Positions 26,331 to 36,620 of a DNA stretch of 64,000 nucleotides are shown piece after piece. Source of the DNA: an uncultured Actinomycetes bacterium (lineage in GTDB: Bacteria; Actinomycetota; Actinomycetes; Mycobacteriales; Jatrophihabitantaceae); the NCBI GenBank assembly GCA_963737785.1, contig CAVTTS010000010.1, forward strand, positions 248,127-312,126, in the 5' to 3' direction. The notes beneath the pieces are model-generated. The model was not told the origin of the DNA, made no database searches, and worked only from the letters and a program-made list of their open reading frames with translations. The first letter of the stretch is position 1, and every line of letters starts with the position of its first letter. The position numbers and the translations under genes are program-made.

Positions 26331-28123
26331 GCCGGACGCACCATCGTGGGCACCTGCGCGCTGACGGCCGTCCAGGCCCGGTTCACGCAACTGGCCGGGT
26401 CGATCGCGTCGAGACCGCCCGCTTCGAGGATTGCCTCGACGATCTGGCCGGCCAGGATGGGCGCCGAGAACGAGGTTCCGCTCCAGGTGCCGAATCCGCT
26501 CGCGAAGTTGTCGGGGTCGATCGTCGAACGAACGCCTTCGCCGGGCAGGTAGAGCCGCTCGCTCGCCTGGTCGGCACCGTTCATGGTGATCGGGAAGGTG
26601 CTCACGATCGCGGACCCCATGCGATGGCAGCTGACCCACTCGCCGGCGTTGCTGAATAGGGCGATCGTCTGGCCGTCCGGGTTGAGGGCGGCGACGCTCA
26701 TGATCGGAACCTCGTCCTTGCGCGGAGTCTTGACCAGGCCATCGGCCCACGGCGTGAACGCCGCCGGATACATGCAGCGGAACGTCGCGTCATTCCCGGC
26801 CGCGACGACGATCGCGACACCGCGCTGGGCCAGCGCTTCGAGCGGGGCCAGCAGCAGATGATCGAAGAGCGAATCCTCGGGCTGTTCGTGGTAGTACCCG
26901 AACGACATCGAGACGACGTCGATCAGTTCCTCGGGACGGCCGAGCTGCTGGGCTTCGGTCTGGCGGATGAGCAGCGCGTACGCGGCGTGCATCAGGTCGG
27001 ATTCGGCGATGACACCGTCGGCCCCCATGATGCGAACGGCCAGGATGTTGGCATCCGGGCAGAGCTGCCGGATCAAACCGGCGATGAAGGTGCCGTGTCC
27101 CGAGTCGGTGTCGAGCTCGCCGAGCAACGGGCTGTCGACCACGCCCGTTCCTTCGGAGTTGCCGGCCGCACCGGCGATGCCCATGGGTTCCCCCGCAGCG
27201 GTCGGAGTGCGGTCGACGATCCCGTCGGGGAGCCACGGGTGCTCGCCGGCGCCGGTGTCGAGAACCGCGACGACCGGACGCCGCATGCCCAGATCGTGGC
27301 GACGGTGCGGCTCGCGGCCGATCCACGCCACCGGCTCGCGACCGCCGTGGCCGGGGGCGCCGTACTCGACGACGCCCGAGCCGTTCGCAAACGGAGACCC
27401 GTTCGCGAAGGGCGAGCCGTTCGCGAACGGCGAGCCGTTCGCGAACGGAGCCGCGAACATCAGGTGGTCCAGACCGACTTCCTGAACGCTGGCCGACGGC
27501 GAGTCACGCACGATGCTGCGGAATGTCTGCAGAACCGGCCACGAATCGATCGGCGGGGCCGGCTCGTTCGACACCGCGACCAGTCGAACGCGGTTGACCG
27601 GGGTCGGATATTGCTCGATCGAGTTCGTCCGCGCGTACTCGTGGATCTTGCCGTGTTCCTCGTCGACCTCGAGGCGAAGGCCGTGCTTCTCGGCGGCCGA
27701 CTTCAGCGCGTTGTAGCTGTCGCCGCCCGGCACCGCGCCACGCACGAGCAGCTGGTCGGCCACATAGACCGTCGAACGAGGCTTGGGATCGCCGGGGATC
27801 TGCACGGCGGTGAGCGGATCGAGGACGCGAGCGTTGTATTTGACGAGGACGTCGTAGGGCGGCGAGATCACCACGACATCGTTCAGCGGCTCCGGGCGTT
27901 GGCAACCGTCGGTCGGCGGGTTGACGTCGGGCATGGTGACCTCGTTACTCGGGGATGCGGCAGGTGCGTCTGGGAGCGTAGGGCCGTTCGGTCCCGCGCC
28001 ACCAGGGTCGTGTGTGCTCATCGTCCGTAATGAGCGCACTGTCGGCGCCCTGATACACGCGCCCGCCGATGTATCACCGCAAACGCCGGCCGCTCCTCCA
28101 AACGTGCGGCGTTCGCGTCGCAC
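26327..28123 (-). CDS. S8 family subtilisin-like serine peptidase, apparently intracellular, with a four-fold GSPFAN repeat linker
   Basis: Catalytic triad motifs VAVLDTG (Asp), HGTFIAGLI (His) and GTSFSAPILAG (Ser). No signal peptide. The likely start is MSTHDPGG at about 28021. There is a ~190-aa N-terminal domain before the GSPFANGSPFANGSPFANGSPFANGS linker. Confidence 0.85.
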   Translation of the reverse strand: MRRERRTFGGAAGVCGDTSAGACIRAPTVRSLRTMSTHDPGGAGPNGPTLPDAPAASPSNEVTMPDVNPPTDGCQRPEPLNDVVVISPPYDVLVKYNARVLDPLTAVQIPGDPKPRSTVYVADQLLVRGAVPGGDSYNALKSAAEKHGLRLEVDEEHGKIHEYARTNSIEQYPTPVNRVRLVAVSNEPAPPIDSWPVLQTFRSIVRDSPSASVQEVGLDHLMFAAPFANGSPFANGSPFANGSPFANGSGVVEYGAPGHGGREPVAWIGREPHRRHDLGMRRPVVAVLDTGAGEHPWLPDGIVDRTPTAAGEPMGIAGAAGNSEGTGVVDSPLLGELDTDSGHGTFIAGLIRQLCPDANILAVRIMGADGVIAESDLMHAAYALLIRQTEAQQLGRPEELIDVVSMSFGYYHEQPEDSLFDHLLLAPLEALAQRGVAIVVAAGNDATFRCMYPAAFTPWADGLVKTPRKDEVPIMSVAALNPDGQTIALFSNAGEWVSCHRMGSAIVSTFPITMNGADQASERLYLPGEGVRSTIDPDNFASGFGTWSGTSFSAPILAGQIVEAILEAGGLDAIDPASCVNRAWTAVSAQVPTMVRPA

Positions 28124-28339
28124 ACCATTCGCGAGAAGGTCACGGCGACCCGGCAGTCGCCTCGACCTGGGCGGCTGGGCTCGGGCGCGGTTTCGGAATC
28201 GGGGGGTTCCGTCCGCAAGGGGGCTCGACCCGGCCGCAGCGTCTGGGACCGGCCGCCCGACGGGGGTCGCCCGCGCAATCGGGCGTGGCGCATCGAGCGC
28301 CCGGAGCGGCCGGCTCCCGGACGAACCAGCGCGGAGAAC

Positions 28340-28376
28340 GACGAGGCCGCCTCGGGGTTGTCCCGAGGCGGCCTCG
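28340..28376 (-). terminator. Putative terminator hairpin downstream of rplA
   Basis: Perfect inverted repeat acgaggccgcctcgggg ttgt cccgaggcggcctcgt, 20 nt after the rplA stop. Confidence 0.4.
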
Positions 28377-28397
28377 TCGTTTCTGTCCAGCGAGTGA

Positions 28398-29117
28398 CTA
28401 CGCCGTCGGCGCGTCCTCGAGCATGTTGCGCGTGCGGTTCGGGTCGACCGGGATGCCGGGGCCCATCGTCGTGGAGAACGTGACCTTCTTCAGGTACTTG
28501 CCCTTGGACGAGGACGGCTTGGCCCGCACGACCTCGTCGAGCGCCGCCGCGTAGTTCTCGACGAGCTGCTGCTCGCTGAAGGAGGCCTTGCCGATGACCA
28601 GGTGCAGGTTGGACTGCTTGTCGACGCGGAAGCTGATCTTGCCGCCCTTGATGTCGGCGACGGCCTTCGCGACGTCCGGCGTGACCGTGCCGGTCTTCGG
28701 GTTCGGCATCAGACCGCGCGGACCGAGGACGCGCGCGATGCGGCCGACCTTGGCCATCTGGTCGGGCGTGGCGATCGCGGCGTCGAAGTCCAGGTAGCCC
28801 GCCTGGATCTCGGCGATCAGATCGTCGCTGCCGACGCGGTCGGCGCCGGCGGCCTCGGCCTCGGCGGCCTTGTCGCCGGTCGCGAAGACGATCACACGCG
28901 CGGTTTTGCCCGTGCCGTGCGGCAGGCTGACCGTGCCGCGGACCATCTGGTCGGCCTTGCGCGGGTCGACGCCCAGGCGCAGGGCGGCCTCGACGGTGCC
29001 GTCGAACTTGGTGGGCGAGGTTTGCTTGGCCAGGTTCGCGGCCTCGAGCGGCGAGTAGATGCGCTCGGCCTCGATCAGTTCGGCGACCTTGCGGTAGCCC
29101 TTGCTCGGCTTGCTCAT
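28398..29117 (-). CDS. rplA: 50S ribosomal protein L1
   Basis: The true start is [10 protein letters not shown] (Met7 of the track ORF). Canonical L1 sequence. Confidence 0.95.
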   Translation of the reverse strand: MSKPSKGYRKVAELIEAERIYSPLEAANLAKQTSPTKFDGTVEAALRLGVDPRKADQMVRGTVSLPHGTGKTARVIVFATGDKAAEAEAAGADRVGSDDLIAEIQAGYLDFDAAIATPDQMAKVGRIARVLGPRGLMPNPKTGTVTPDVAKAVADIKGGKISFRVDKQSNLHLVIGKASFSEQQLVENYAAALDEVVRAKPSSSKGKYLKKVTFSTTMGPGIPVDPNRTRNMLEDAPTA

Positions 29118-29230
29118 GGGGTGCTCCTCATACATCCAGTGGTGTTAGCGGACGCCGACCATCGGCGTCCTCCCACGCTTTCGGTAGTGCCGTCGCGACG
29201 GTGAGTCGGCGACGGATCGATGCGTGTCGC

Positions 29231-29662
29231 TCAGTCGGCGACGGTGATGCCCATCGAGCGGGCGGTGCCGGCGATGATCCGGGCCGCGTGCTCGACGTCG
29301 TTGGCGTTCAGGTCTTCCATCTTGGCCTCGGCGATCTCGCGCAGCTGGGCCTGGGTCACCTTCGCGACCTTGGTCTTGTGCGGTTCGCCGCTGCCCTTTT
29401 CGATGCCGACCGCGGCGAGCAGCAGACGCGCTGCCGGCGGGGTCTTGGTGACGAAGGTGAACGAGCGGTCTTCGTAAACGGAGATCTCGACCGGGACGAT
29501 CTGCCCACGCTGCGACTCGGTCGCCGCGTTGTACTGCTTGCAGAACTCCATGATGTTGACGCCGTGCTGGCCGAGCGCGGGGCCGACCGGCGGGGCCGGG
29601 TTGGCCAGGCCCGCCTTGATCTGCAGCTTGATGACTGCGGCGAGCTTCTTCTTGGGAGGCAT
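29231..29662 (-). CDS. rplK: 50S ribosomal protein L11
   Basis: 143 aa, [18 protein letters not shown]... canonical L11. Confidence 0.97.
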   Translation of the reverse strand: MPPKKKLAAVIKLQIKAGLANPAPPVGPALGQHGVNIMEFCKQYNAATESQRGQIVPVEISVYEDRSFTFVTKTPPAARLLLAAVGIEKGSGEPHKTKVAKVTQAQLREIAEAKMEDLNANDVEHAARIIAGTARSMGITVAD

Positions 29663-29689
29663 GACTTCTCTTCTTCTCTACTGGTTGGG

Positions 29690-30595
29690 CTAGATCTTGG
29701 AAACTTGACTGAACGAGAGTTCGACCGGCGTTTCGCGGCCGAAGATCGACACGAGCACCTGCAGCTTCTGGTGCAGCGGATCGATCTCGCTGATGGTGGC
29801 CGGCAGGGTGGCGAACGGGCCGTCCATGACGGTGACGGACTCACCCACCTGGTAGTCGACCAGCTCGATCTTCGGCTTCTCACCGGCACCGACGCCCCTG
29901 CCGGAACCGACGGCCGCGGCCTTGCGGCTGGCCGGGGCGAGGATCTTGACGACCTCGTCCAGGCTCAGCGGGGACGGGCGCGACGTGGCCCCGACGAAGC
30001 CGGTGACGCCCGGGGTGTTGCGGACGGCGCCCCACGACTCGTCGTTGAGGTCCATGCGCACCAGGATGTAGCCCGGGAACACCTTGCGCTGGACCTGCTG
30101 GCGCTTGCCGTTCTTGATCTCGATGACTTCTTCGGTCGGCACCTCGACCTGGAAGATGTAGTCCTCCATGTCGAGGGAGGAGATGCGGCTCTCGAGGTTG
30201 GTCTTCACCTTGTTCTCGTAGCCCGCGTACGAGTGCACGACGTACCAGTCGCCGAACTCCGTGCGCAGCTTGTGACGAAGCGCCTCGACCGGGTCCTCGT
30301 CATCGTCACCGTCACCCTCGGATTCGCCGGCTTCCACCGCGGCCAGGCCGGCCTCGACGAACTCGGCGTCGGCGGCATCGGTGGCGTTGCTCCCCGAGAT
30401 CAGGGCGGCCCGGAAATCGGCGTCCTCGTCAACGGTCGGAGTGGTCGGGCCGAGGTCGTCGATGCTGACCTCGTCGTCGGCGAGCGAGGACGGCTCGTTG
30501 TCGTCGGCACCGAGCATGCGGGCGGCCGAGGCGAAGTCAGTGGGATCGTCGCTGTCGGCGGGGCGCGCGTCTTCGGCGGGGTCGAAGTCGGACAC
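29690..30595 (-). CDS. nusG: Transcription termination/antitermination factor NusG with an acidic N-terminal extension
   Basis: 301 aa. NGN and KOW domains ([14 protein letters not shown] ... [11 protein letters not shown]). The long Asp/Glu-rich N-terminus is typical of mycobacteria-like actinobacteria. Confidence 0.95.
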   Translation of the reverse strand: MSDFDPAEDARPADSDDPTDFASAARMLGADDNEPSSLADDEVSIDDLGPTTPTVDEDADFRAALISGSNATDAADAEFVEAGLAAVEAGESEGDGDDDEDPVEALRHKLRTEFGDWYVVHSYAGYENKVKTNLESRISSLDMEDYIFQVEVPTEEVIEIKNGKRQQVQRKVFPGYILVRMDLNDESWGAVRNTPGVTGFVGATSRPSPLSLDEVVKILAPASRKAAAVGSGRGVGAGEKPKIELVDYQVGESVTVMDGPFATLPATISEIDPLHQKLQVLVSIFGRETPVELSFSQVSKI

Positions 30596-30677
30596 AGGCT
30601 CTCTTCCTAGCTAGTTCTCAACAGGTCACAGGGGAATCGACGGCCGGGCACGCAGGGCGCCCAACGGCCGAGCGGGC

Positions 30678-30914
30678 TCAGCCGAAGAGCCAGAGCACCA
30701 GCTTGGCGAAGCCGATGTCCAACCCCGCGACGAGCGACACCATGATCACGACGAAGACGATCACAACCGCGGTATAGGTGCCGAGTTCCTTGCGCGACGG
30801 CCAGAGGACCTTGCGCATTTCGGAGATGACTTCGCGCACGAACCGTCCGATGCGCCCGCCGCGTCCGCTTCCGGACGGTCGTGAGGCCGCAGTCTCGGTG
30901 CGAGTCGCAGTCAC
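30678..30914 (-). CDS. secE: Preprotein translocase subunit SecE
   Basis: 78-aa ORF with a single C-terminal TM helix and the conserved secE-nusG-rplK-rplA arrangement. The start may lie further upstream at a non-ATG codon. Confidence 0.8.
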   Translation of the reverse strand: MTATRTETAASRPSGSGRGGRIGRFVREVISEMRKVLWPSRKELGTYTAVVIVFVVIMVSLVAGLDIGFAKLVLWLFG

Positions 30915-31047
30915 TCTGTCTCCTCTCGATACGCGCCAGTCGCCCGAGCGGGCGACACGTCGCGTGACAACACGTTCCGATCAGGCCTTCGCCTGACAAC
31001 ACGTTCCGATCAGGCTGCGCATGCCTGGCTGGCATGCGCTACTGGCG

Positions 31048-31120
31048 CAGGGGCGACAGGACTCGAACCTGCAACCGCCGGTTTTGGAGACCGGTGCTCT
31101 ACCAATTGAGCCACGCCCCT
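31048..31120 (-). tRNA. tRNA-Trp (anticodon CCA)
   Basis: Reverse complement AGGGGCGTGGCTCAATTGGTAGAGCACCGGTCTCCAAAACCGGCGGTTGCAGGTTCGAGTCCTGTCGCCCCTG. It folds as a cloverleaf with anticodon loop CTCCAAA. The position upstream of secE is canonical. Confidence 0.9.
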
Positions 31121-31303
31121 GTGATCCGGCGACTGCCTGCACACATGCGGTCGCAAGTACTGCGCGCATGCTGACGCAAGGCCGTCTTGGACCCCGAAGC
31201 GAGTGTACGGGCCGTGACCCCGCGCCTCCAACCCGAACAATCGCGCGCACCCTTGGCGGCGCCACCTCATATGCGCTGCAGCGCCGCCAAGAGCGAACTG
31301 TCG

Positions 31304-32698
31304 TCAGCTGGATTCGAGCTCGCCGGGCTTCTTGGCGTCCAGCTGCGGGGCGTCGTGAACCGGTGGGTGCGCCGTCGAGGTCTTGAGGGTGTCGAAGATC
31401 GCCAGGCCCTGACCGATCAGTCCGGCGAACAACTCATTCACCCCGGTCGTGCCGTTCAGGACAGTCAGGTTCGAGCCGGCGATGCCGCGCGCTGCCGCCT
31501 CGACCATCGCCGGCAGGACCTCGATCAGGTGCTGGGCGGCGATCAGTTCCTGCGCGCCGTCACGCAGCGACTTGGCCCGGACCTCGTTCGCTTCTGCGTC
31601 CGCGTCCGCCTGGAGCTGGATCGCCTTGGCGGACGCCTCGGCGAGGGTCGTCGTCCGGAAGGCATCGGCCGACGCGCTGGCTTCGGCCTGCACCTTGACC
31701 GCCTTGGCGTTCGCATCGGCGACGGCGGTGGTGCGGTAGGCCTCGGTGTCGGCGTCGGCGCGCACCTTCACCTGGACGGCCTTGGCGTTCGCGTCGGCAA
31801 GCGTCGTCGTCCGGTAGGCCTCCGCCTCGGACTCGAAGCGGGCCTTGTCGCGGCCGGCCTCGGCAAGCGTGCGCTGCTTGTACGCCTCGGCGTCGGCCGG
31901 CCGCCGGACCTCCGCCTCGAGGCGCTGGGCGGCGAGGTCGGCCTGCCGTTGGGCGAGCGCGGTCTGCTGCTCGATGACCTCCTGGGAGGCCTTCGCCTCG
32001 GCGAGCGGACCGGCCTGCGCGGCGAGCGCATGGGCCTGCTCGGTCTCGGCGTTGAAGCCGGCCATCTTGATCGCCGCGTCGCGCGCGTACTGCGCCTTGT
32101 TGGCGACGGCCTCCTGCTCGCGTTCGGCGGCCTCCTGGTCGGCCTTGGCGGCGGCGATACGCGCCTGGCTCGCGACGGCGGCGGCGTGCGGCGCCGCGAG
32201 GTTCTGGATGTAGCCGGTCGCGTCGACGATCTCCTGGATCTGCAGGGCGTCGACGACGATGCCGAGCTTCTCCATCTCGCCGTGGCTGCCGTCCTTCACC
32301 TCCTGCGCGACGCGGTCGCGTTCCCGGATCAGCTCCTCGACGGTCAAAGCGCCGACGATCGAGCGCAGGTGGCCGGCGAAGATCCGGCCGACCAGCTCCT
32401 CGAGCCGGTTCTGCTCGGCAAGGAAGCGCCGGGCCGCGTTGGCGATCGACTGCGGGTCGTCGCCGACCTTGAAGGCCGCGACCGCCTGGACGGTCAGCTT
32501 GATGCCCTGCGCGGTCACGCAGTCCTCGACGATCTCGGATTCGCGCAGGGCCAGCGACAGCAGGCGCGCCTTCTGCTTGACCGGCATCACGAAACAGCCG
32601 TGGCCGGTGACGATGCGGAATTGGGTGTCGCCCGACTTCGACTTGGACCCGGAGATCAGCAGGGCCTCGTTCGGTGCCGGGACGTGCCAGAAGAACAT
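31304..32698 (-). CDS. SPFH/band-7 (flotillin-like) domain protein with a long Ala/Glu-rich coiled-coil region
   Basis: 464-aa intact ORF. The N-terminal SPFH domain is followed by an extended A/E/Q-rich helical region. Confidence 0.8.
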   Translation of the reverse strand: MFFWHVPAPNEALLISGSKSKSGDTQFRIVTGHGCFVMPVKQKARLLSLALRESEIVEDCVTAQGIKLTVQAVAAFKVGDDPQSIANAARRFLAEQNRLEELVGRIFAGHLRSIVGALTVEELIRERDRVAQEVKDGSHGEMEKLGIVVDALQIQEIVDATGYIQNLAAPHAAAVASQARIAAAKADQEAAEREQEAVANKAQYARDAAIKMAGFNAETEQAHALAAQAGPLAEAKASQEVIEQQTALAQRQADLAAQRLEAEVRRPADAEAYKQRTLAEAGRDKARFESEAEAYRTTTLADANAKAVQVKVRADADTEAYRTTAVADANAKAVKVQAEASASADAFRTTTLAEASAKAIQLQADADAEANEVRAKSLRDGAQELIAAQHLIEVLPAMVEAAARGIAGSNLTVLNGTTGVNELFAGLIGQGLAIFDTLKTSTAHPPVHDAPQLDAKKPGELESS

Positions 32699-32785
32699 CG
32701 GTGGTGCTCCTTGCTGCCGCGATCGCGGCGCTCGACTCGCCGGCCCTCGGCCGGAGGGCCGATCCGGAGGTAAACCGGCGACGAC

Positions 32786-33049
32786 TTAAGGGAACGGCTC
32801 GACCTGGACGGAGCGGCCCGAGAGCTGCTCGATGACGAGCACTCTCGTGTGCTTGTCGACCGGGTCCTTCGACCAGGCCGCGAACGCCTCGGTCCCCCCT
32901 CGGACGGGGAGCAGGACTTCGCCGGGACCGCCGGCGGGAATCGGGACGGTGACCCGCCCGATCGTCCCTATGAGGTTGTCGTCCGTGGACACGAAACGGG
33001 ACATTAGACCTACTCGCCGACGTGTAAATACCCGCGTCTGTTCGGACAC
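32786..33049 (-). CDS. NfeD-like OB-fold protein (partner of the SPFH protein)
   Basis: 87 aa. The C-terminal beta-rich NfeD-like sequence (VLVIEQLSGRSVQVEP). Lies immediately upstream of the flotillin gene. Confidence 0.55.
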   Translation of the reverse strand: MSEQTRVFTRRRVGLMSRFVSTDDNLIGTIGRVTVPIPAGGPGEVLLPVRGGTEAFAAWSKDPVDKHTRVLVIEQLSGRSVQVEPFP

Positions 33050-33179
33050 ATATCTCGCGGATCACAACCTCCCCGCCGCTTCGGCGGCGCGACCTCGTAT
33101 GCGCCGCGGCGCCGCCAAAAGCGACGGGTACCGGCGGTGCCGGCGAAAGCACTCGCGCGGGTCTGGGATCATTTGACGC

Positions 33180-34381
33180 ATGGGAGCTCGCGTATCCGAC
33201 CGTATTGCCGCCATCGCCGAATCGGCCACCCTGGCCGTCGACGCCAAGGCCAAGGCCCTCAAGGCCGCCGGGCGTCCGGTGATCGGATTCGGGGCTGGTG
33301 AGCCGGACTTCCCGACCCCGGCCTACATCGTCGAGGCCGCCGATCGCGGCGGCCCGCGACCCCAAGTACCACCGATACACGCCGGTGCCGGGCCTGCCCG
33401 AACTGCGCGAGGCGATCGCGGTCAAGACGCTGCGCGACACGAACTACGCCGTCGACGCCGCCCAGGTGCTCGTCACCAACGGCGGCAAGCAGGCCGTCTA
33501 CAACACGTTCGCCAGCCCTGCTCGACCCGGGCGACGAGGTGCTGCTCGTCGCGCCGTACTGGACGACCTACCCCGAGGCGATCAAGCTGGCCGGCGGCGT
33601 GCCGGTCGAGGTCGTCACCGACGAGACGACCGGCTACATGGCGTCGGTCGAGCAGCTCGAGGCCGCGCGTACGTCGCGCACGAAGGTGCTGCTGTTCGTC
33701 TCGCCGTCGAACCCGACCGGCGCCGTCTACTCCCCCGACGCAGGTCGCGCGCGATCGGGGCCTGGGCAGCCGGAACACGACCTCTGGACCGTCACGGACG
33801 AGATCTACGAGCACCTCGTCTACGGCGGACGCGGTCAACGCCTCGATCGCGCTGCAGCGCCGGCGAGAAGGTCGTCGTCCTCAACGGCGTCGCCAAGACC
33901 TACGCGATGACGGGCTGGCGGGTCGGCTGGATGATCGGCCCGACCGACGTGATCAAGGCGGCGTCGAACCTGCAGTCGCACGCCACGTCCAACGTCTCGA
34001 ACGTCGCCCAGGTCGCGGCCCTGGCCGCCGTCAGCGGCGACCTGTCGGCCGTCGCCGAGATGCGCACGGCTTTCGACCGGCGCCGCAAGACGATCGTCGG
34101 CCTGCTGTCCGAGATCCCCGGCATCGTCTGCCCCGAGCCCGAAGGCGCGTTCTACGTGTACCCGTCGGTGAAGGGCCTGCTCGGTAAGTCGCTGCGCGGA
34201 CGGGTCTCGACGACGTCGGCCGAGCTGGCCGCGACGATCCTCGACGAGGCCGAGGTCGCCGTCGTCCCCGGTGAGGCGTTCGGGACCCCGGGTTACGCGC
34301 GCCTGTCTTACGCGCTCGGGCGACGAAGATCTTGCCGAAGGCATCGGACGAATCGCCAAGCTGGTCGCCGACGCCGACTGA
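33180..34381 (+). pseudogene. aspC: Aspartate aminotransferase (AspC/AspB class I aminotransferase) interrupted by at least six single-nt insertions
   Basis: Three overlapping frames (33180-, 33298-, 33539-) together encode an AspC-like protein ([15 protein letters not shown] ... [19 protein letters not shown] ... [12 protein letters not shown] ... [21 protein letters not shown] ... [12 protein letters not shown]). Insertions occur at about 33352, 33506, 33740, 33753, 33772, 33815 and 33856. Confidence 0.75.
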
Positions 34382-34465
34382 GCCGCCCCGACCGAGAACG
34401 AACGGCCCGCCGCGATCGCTCGCGACGGGCCGTTCGTTGGTGGGGCCGGACGGTCCGCCTAGGGG

Positions 34466-36162
34466 CTACTCGGCCATGAAGTTGATCTGGTGCGCGTCGC
34501 GCTCGATCGCGGCATCGACATCGGCCTGCTTCATGACGCAGGCGAGCGCCCAGTAGTAGATCGCGATCGAGAAGAGGACGATCACCAGCAGGTCCCACGA
34601 CGACGGCAGGAAGTCGTGGTTGCGCGACAACCAGTTGTGACCGTCGACGTCCTTCGGCCCCCAGGCCCCGTAGCGGCCCATCGAGCTGAGGATGGTGAGG
34701 CCGATCAGCCACGGCGCGATCCACACGGCGTGCGCCATCTTGGTGAGCGCATCGGTCTTCTTCACGGCCGCGCCGATGAAGAAGAGGATGAATCCGACGA
34801 TGATCATCACGTCGAGCTTCCACATGAAGTCCCAGCCGGTCCAGTAGATCAGCAGGTCGGCGAAGGCGAAGCCCGCCGGCAGCAGGACCTTCGGCAGCGG
34901 CATCCGGTACGGCCGGTCCCGGTCGGCTGGTCGTGGATCTGCAAGGACCCCAAAGCAACCGGCGCGAACGCGTACATCACCGCGGTGGTGTCGGTGACGA
35001 TGGAGACGATGGAGGACCAGCTCTTGAACGGGCCGAACGCGAGGATGCCGACGACGGCCGCCACGATCAGCGAGACGTACGGAACGCCGCGCGAGTCGGT
35101 CTTCGTCAGCGCGGTCGGCATCTCGGGCTCGGTACCGATGGCGTAGGAGATGCGGGCGGTCGTGCCGAGGTAGACCAGGCCGGTGCCGCCGGGCGAGATC
35201 ACCGAGTCGATGATCAGGATCGTGCCCAACCAACCGGCGCCGACGGCCAGGGCCAGGGTGTACCACGCTCCGTAGTCGCCGGCTCCCGAACCGCCGAGCG
35301 GGTTCGACCAGCCGTGGGCGATGTTCTTCGGGTCGATCGCGCCCACGAAGACGACCTCGAGCAGCAGGTAGATCGACGCGCCGATCGCCATCGCCGTGAG
35401 GATCGCCCGCGAGATGTCCTTCTTCGGGTTGTAGGCCTCACCGGCCAGCTGGGCGGCCTGCTCGAAACCTTGCAGGGCGAACACGACGCCCACAGGTAGC
35501 GCGGCGAAGATGCCGTGGATACCCGCCGGAGCGAAGCCGCCGCCCGCGCCGTGGTCGGTGCCGGTGTGGAAGTTCGCGCCGTGGAAGGACAGGAAGACGA
35601 TGACGACGATCGTCAGGACCGGCACGATCGTTTTCCAGATCACGATGCCGGAGTTGCTCTCGGCCATCAGCTTCGCGCCGGCCAGGTTCAACGCGGTGAA
35701 CGCGACCATCGCGATGAGCGCGACGATCAGGCCACGGTCGTTCAGCAGACCGGACGGCCGGACCATGCTGAAGTGCTTGTTGACCCAGTGGACCGACGAC
35801 AAGTACGTCAGCGCCGCGATGACCTCGACCGGGGCGATGAACACCGCCTGCAGCCACGAGGTCCAGCCGGACAGGAAGCCGGCCACCGGTCCGTGGGAGA
35901 AGTAGGCGAACCGGGCCGTGCCGCCGGCCACCGGGTAGGTGGCGCCGAGCTCGGCGTAGATCAGCGCCAGCGTCGACAGCATGATCGCGCCGATGATCCA
36001 GGAGACGATGCCGGACGGGCCGGCCTCTTTCGCGACGTTCAGAGCACCGAGCAACCAGCCGGAGCCGATGATCGAGCCGAGCGACACGAACATCAGGCCC
36101 CAGAAGCCGACCGATCGATTCAGCTCGGTGTGCACACTCGAGTCTGGTGTGGCTGTCGCCAT
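34466..36162 (-). pseudogene. APC-family amino acid permease interrupted by a frameshift near 34900-34960
   Basis: The N-terminal ~420 aa are in frame 34849-36162 (12-TM APC fold, GSGWLLGALNVAKEAG...). The C-terminal TM helices continue in frame 34466-35266. Confidence 0.7.
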
Positions 36163-36314
36163 TGACTACCTCCCGTAACCGATGTTCGTGATGAGCGTCG
36201 GGGGGATGTTGCCCGCACCACACCGCCCGCGTCAATGGACACGACGGACGATGCGTTAATCCTTCCGTCACCGTTACGTCACCGAAACGTCCCGCCCAAA
36301 TCCGGGCGTAATAC

Positions 36315-36620
36315 CTACGTATGGACGAGGTCTGCGTACTCAGGATTCCGGCGAATGAAAGTGATCATGAACGGGCAGATCGGCACGACGGTCGACCCCT
36401 GTTTGCGCAGGTCATCGAGCGCGCCCCGGGCCAGCACGCTGCCGAGTCCCTGCCCGTTCAGGTCCGAGCGGACCTCGACGTGCGGCAGCAGAACGCCGGC
36501 ATCGGTCCGGCGATAGGTGCAGACGCCGACCGACTCGCCATCGACGAGCAGCTCGTAACGCGACGCGTCCGGACGGTCGACGACCTCGATCATGACAACC
36601 AGCCTCTCACGACAGGGCAT
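36315..36620 (-). CDS. Small GNAT-like (YjdJ-type) N-acetyltransferase
   Basis: 101 aa. The C-terminal motif ...LRKQGSTVVPICPFMITFIRRNPEYADLV is typical of short GNAT-like acetyltransferases. Confidence 0.55.
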   Translation of the reverse strand: MPCRERLVVMIEVVDRPDASRYELLVDGESVGVCTYRRTDAGVLLPHVEVRSDLNGQGLGSVLARGALDDLRKQGSTVVPICPFMITFIRRNPEYADLVHT

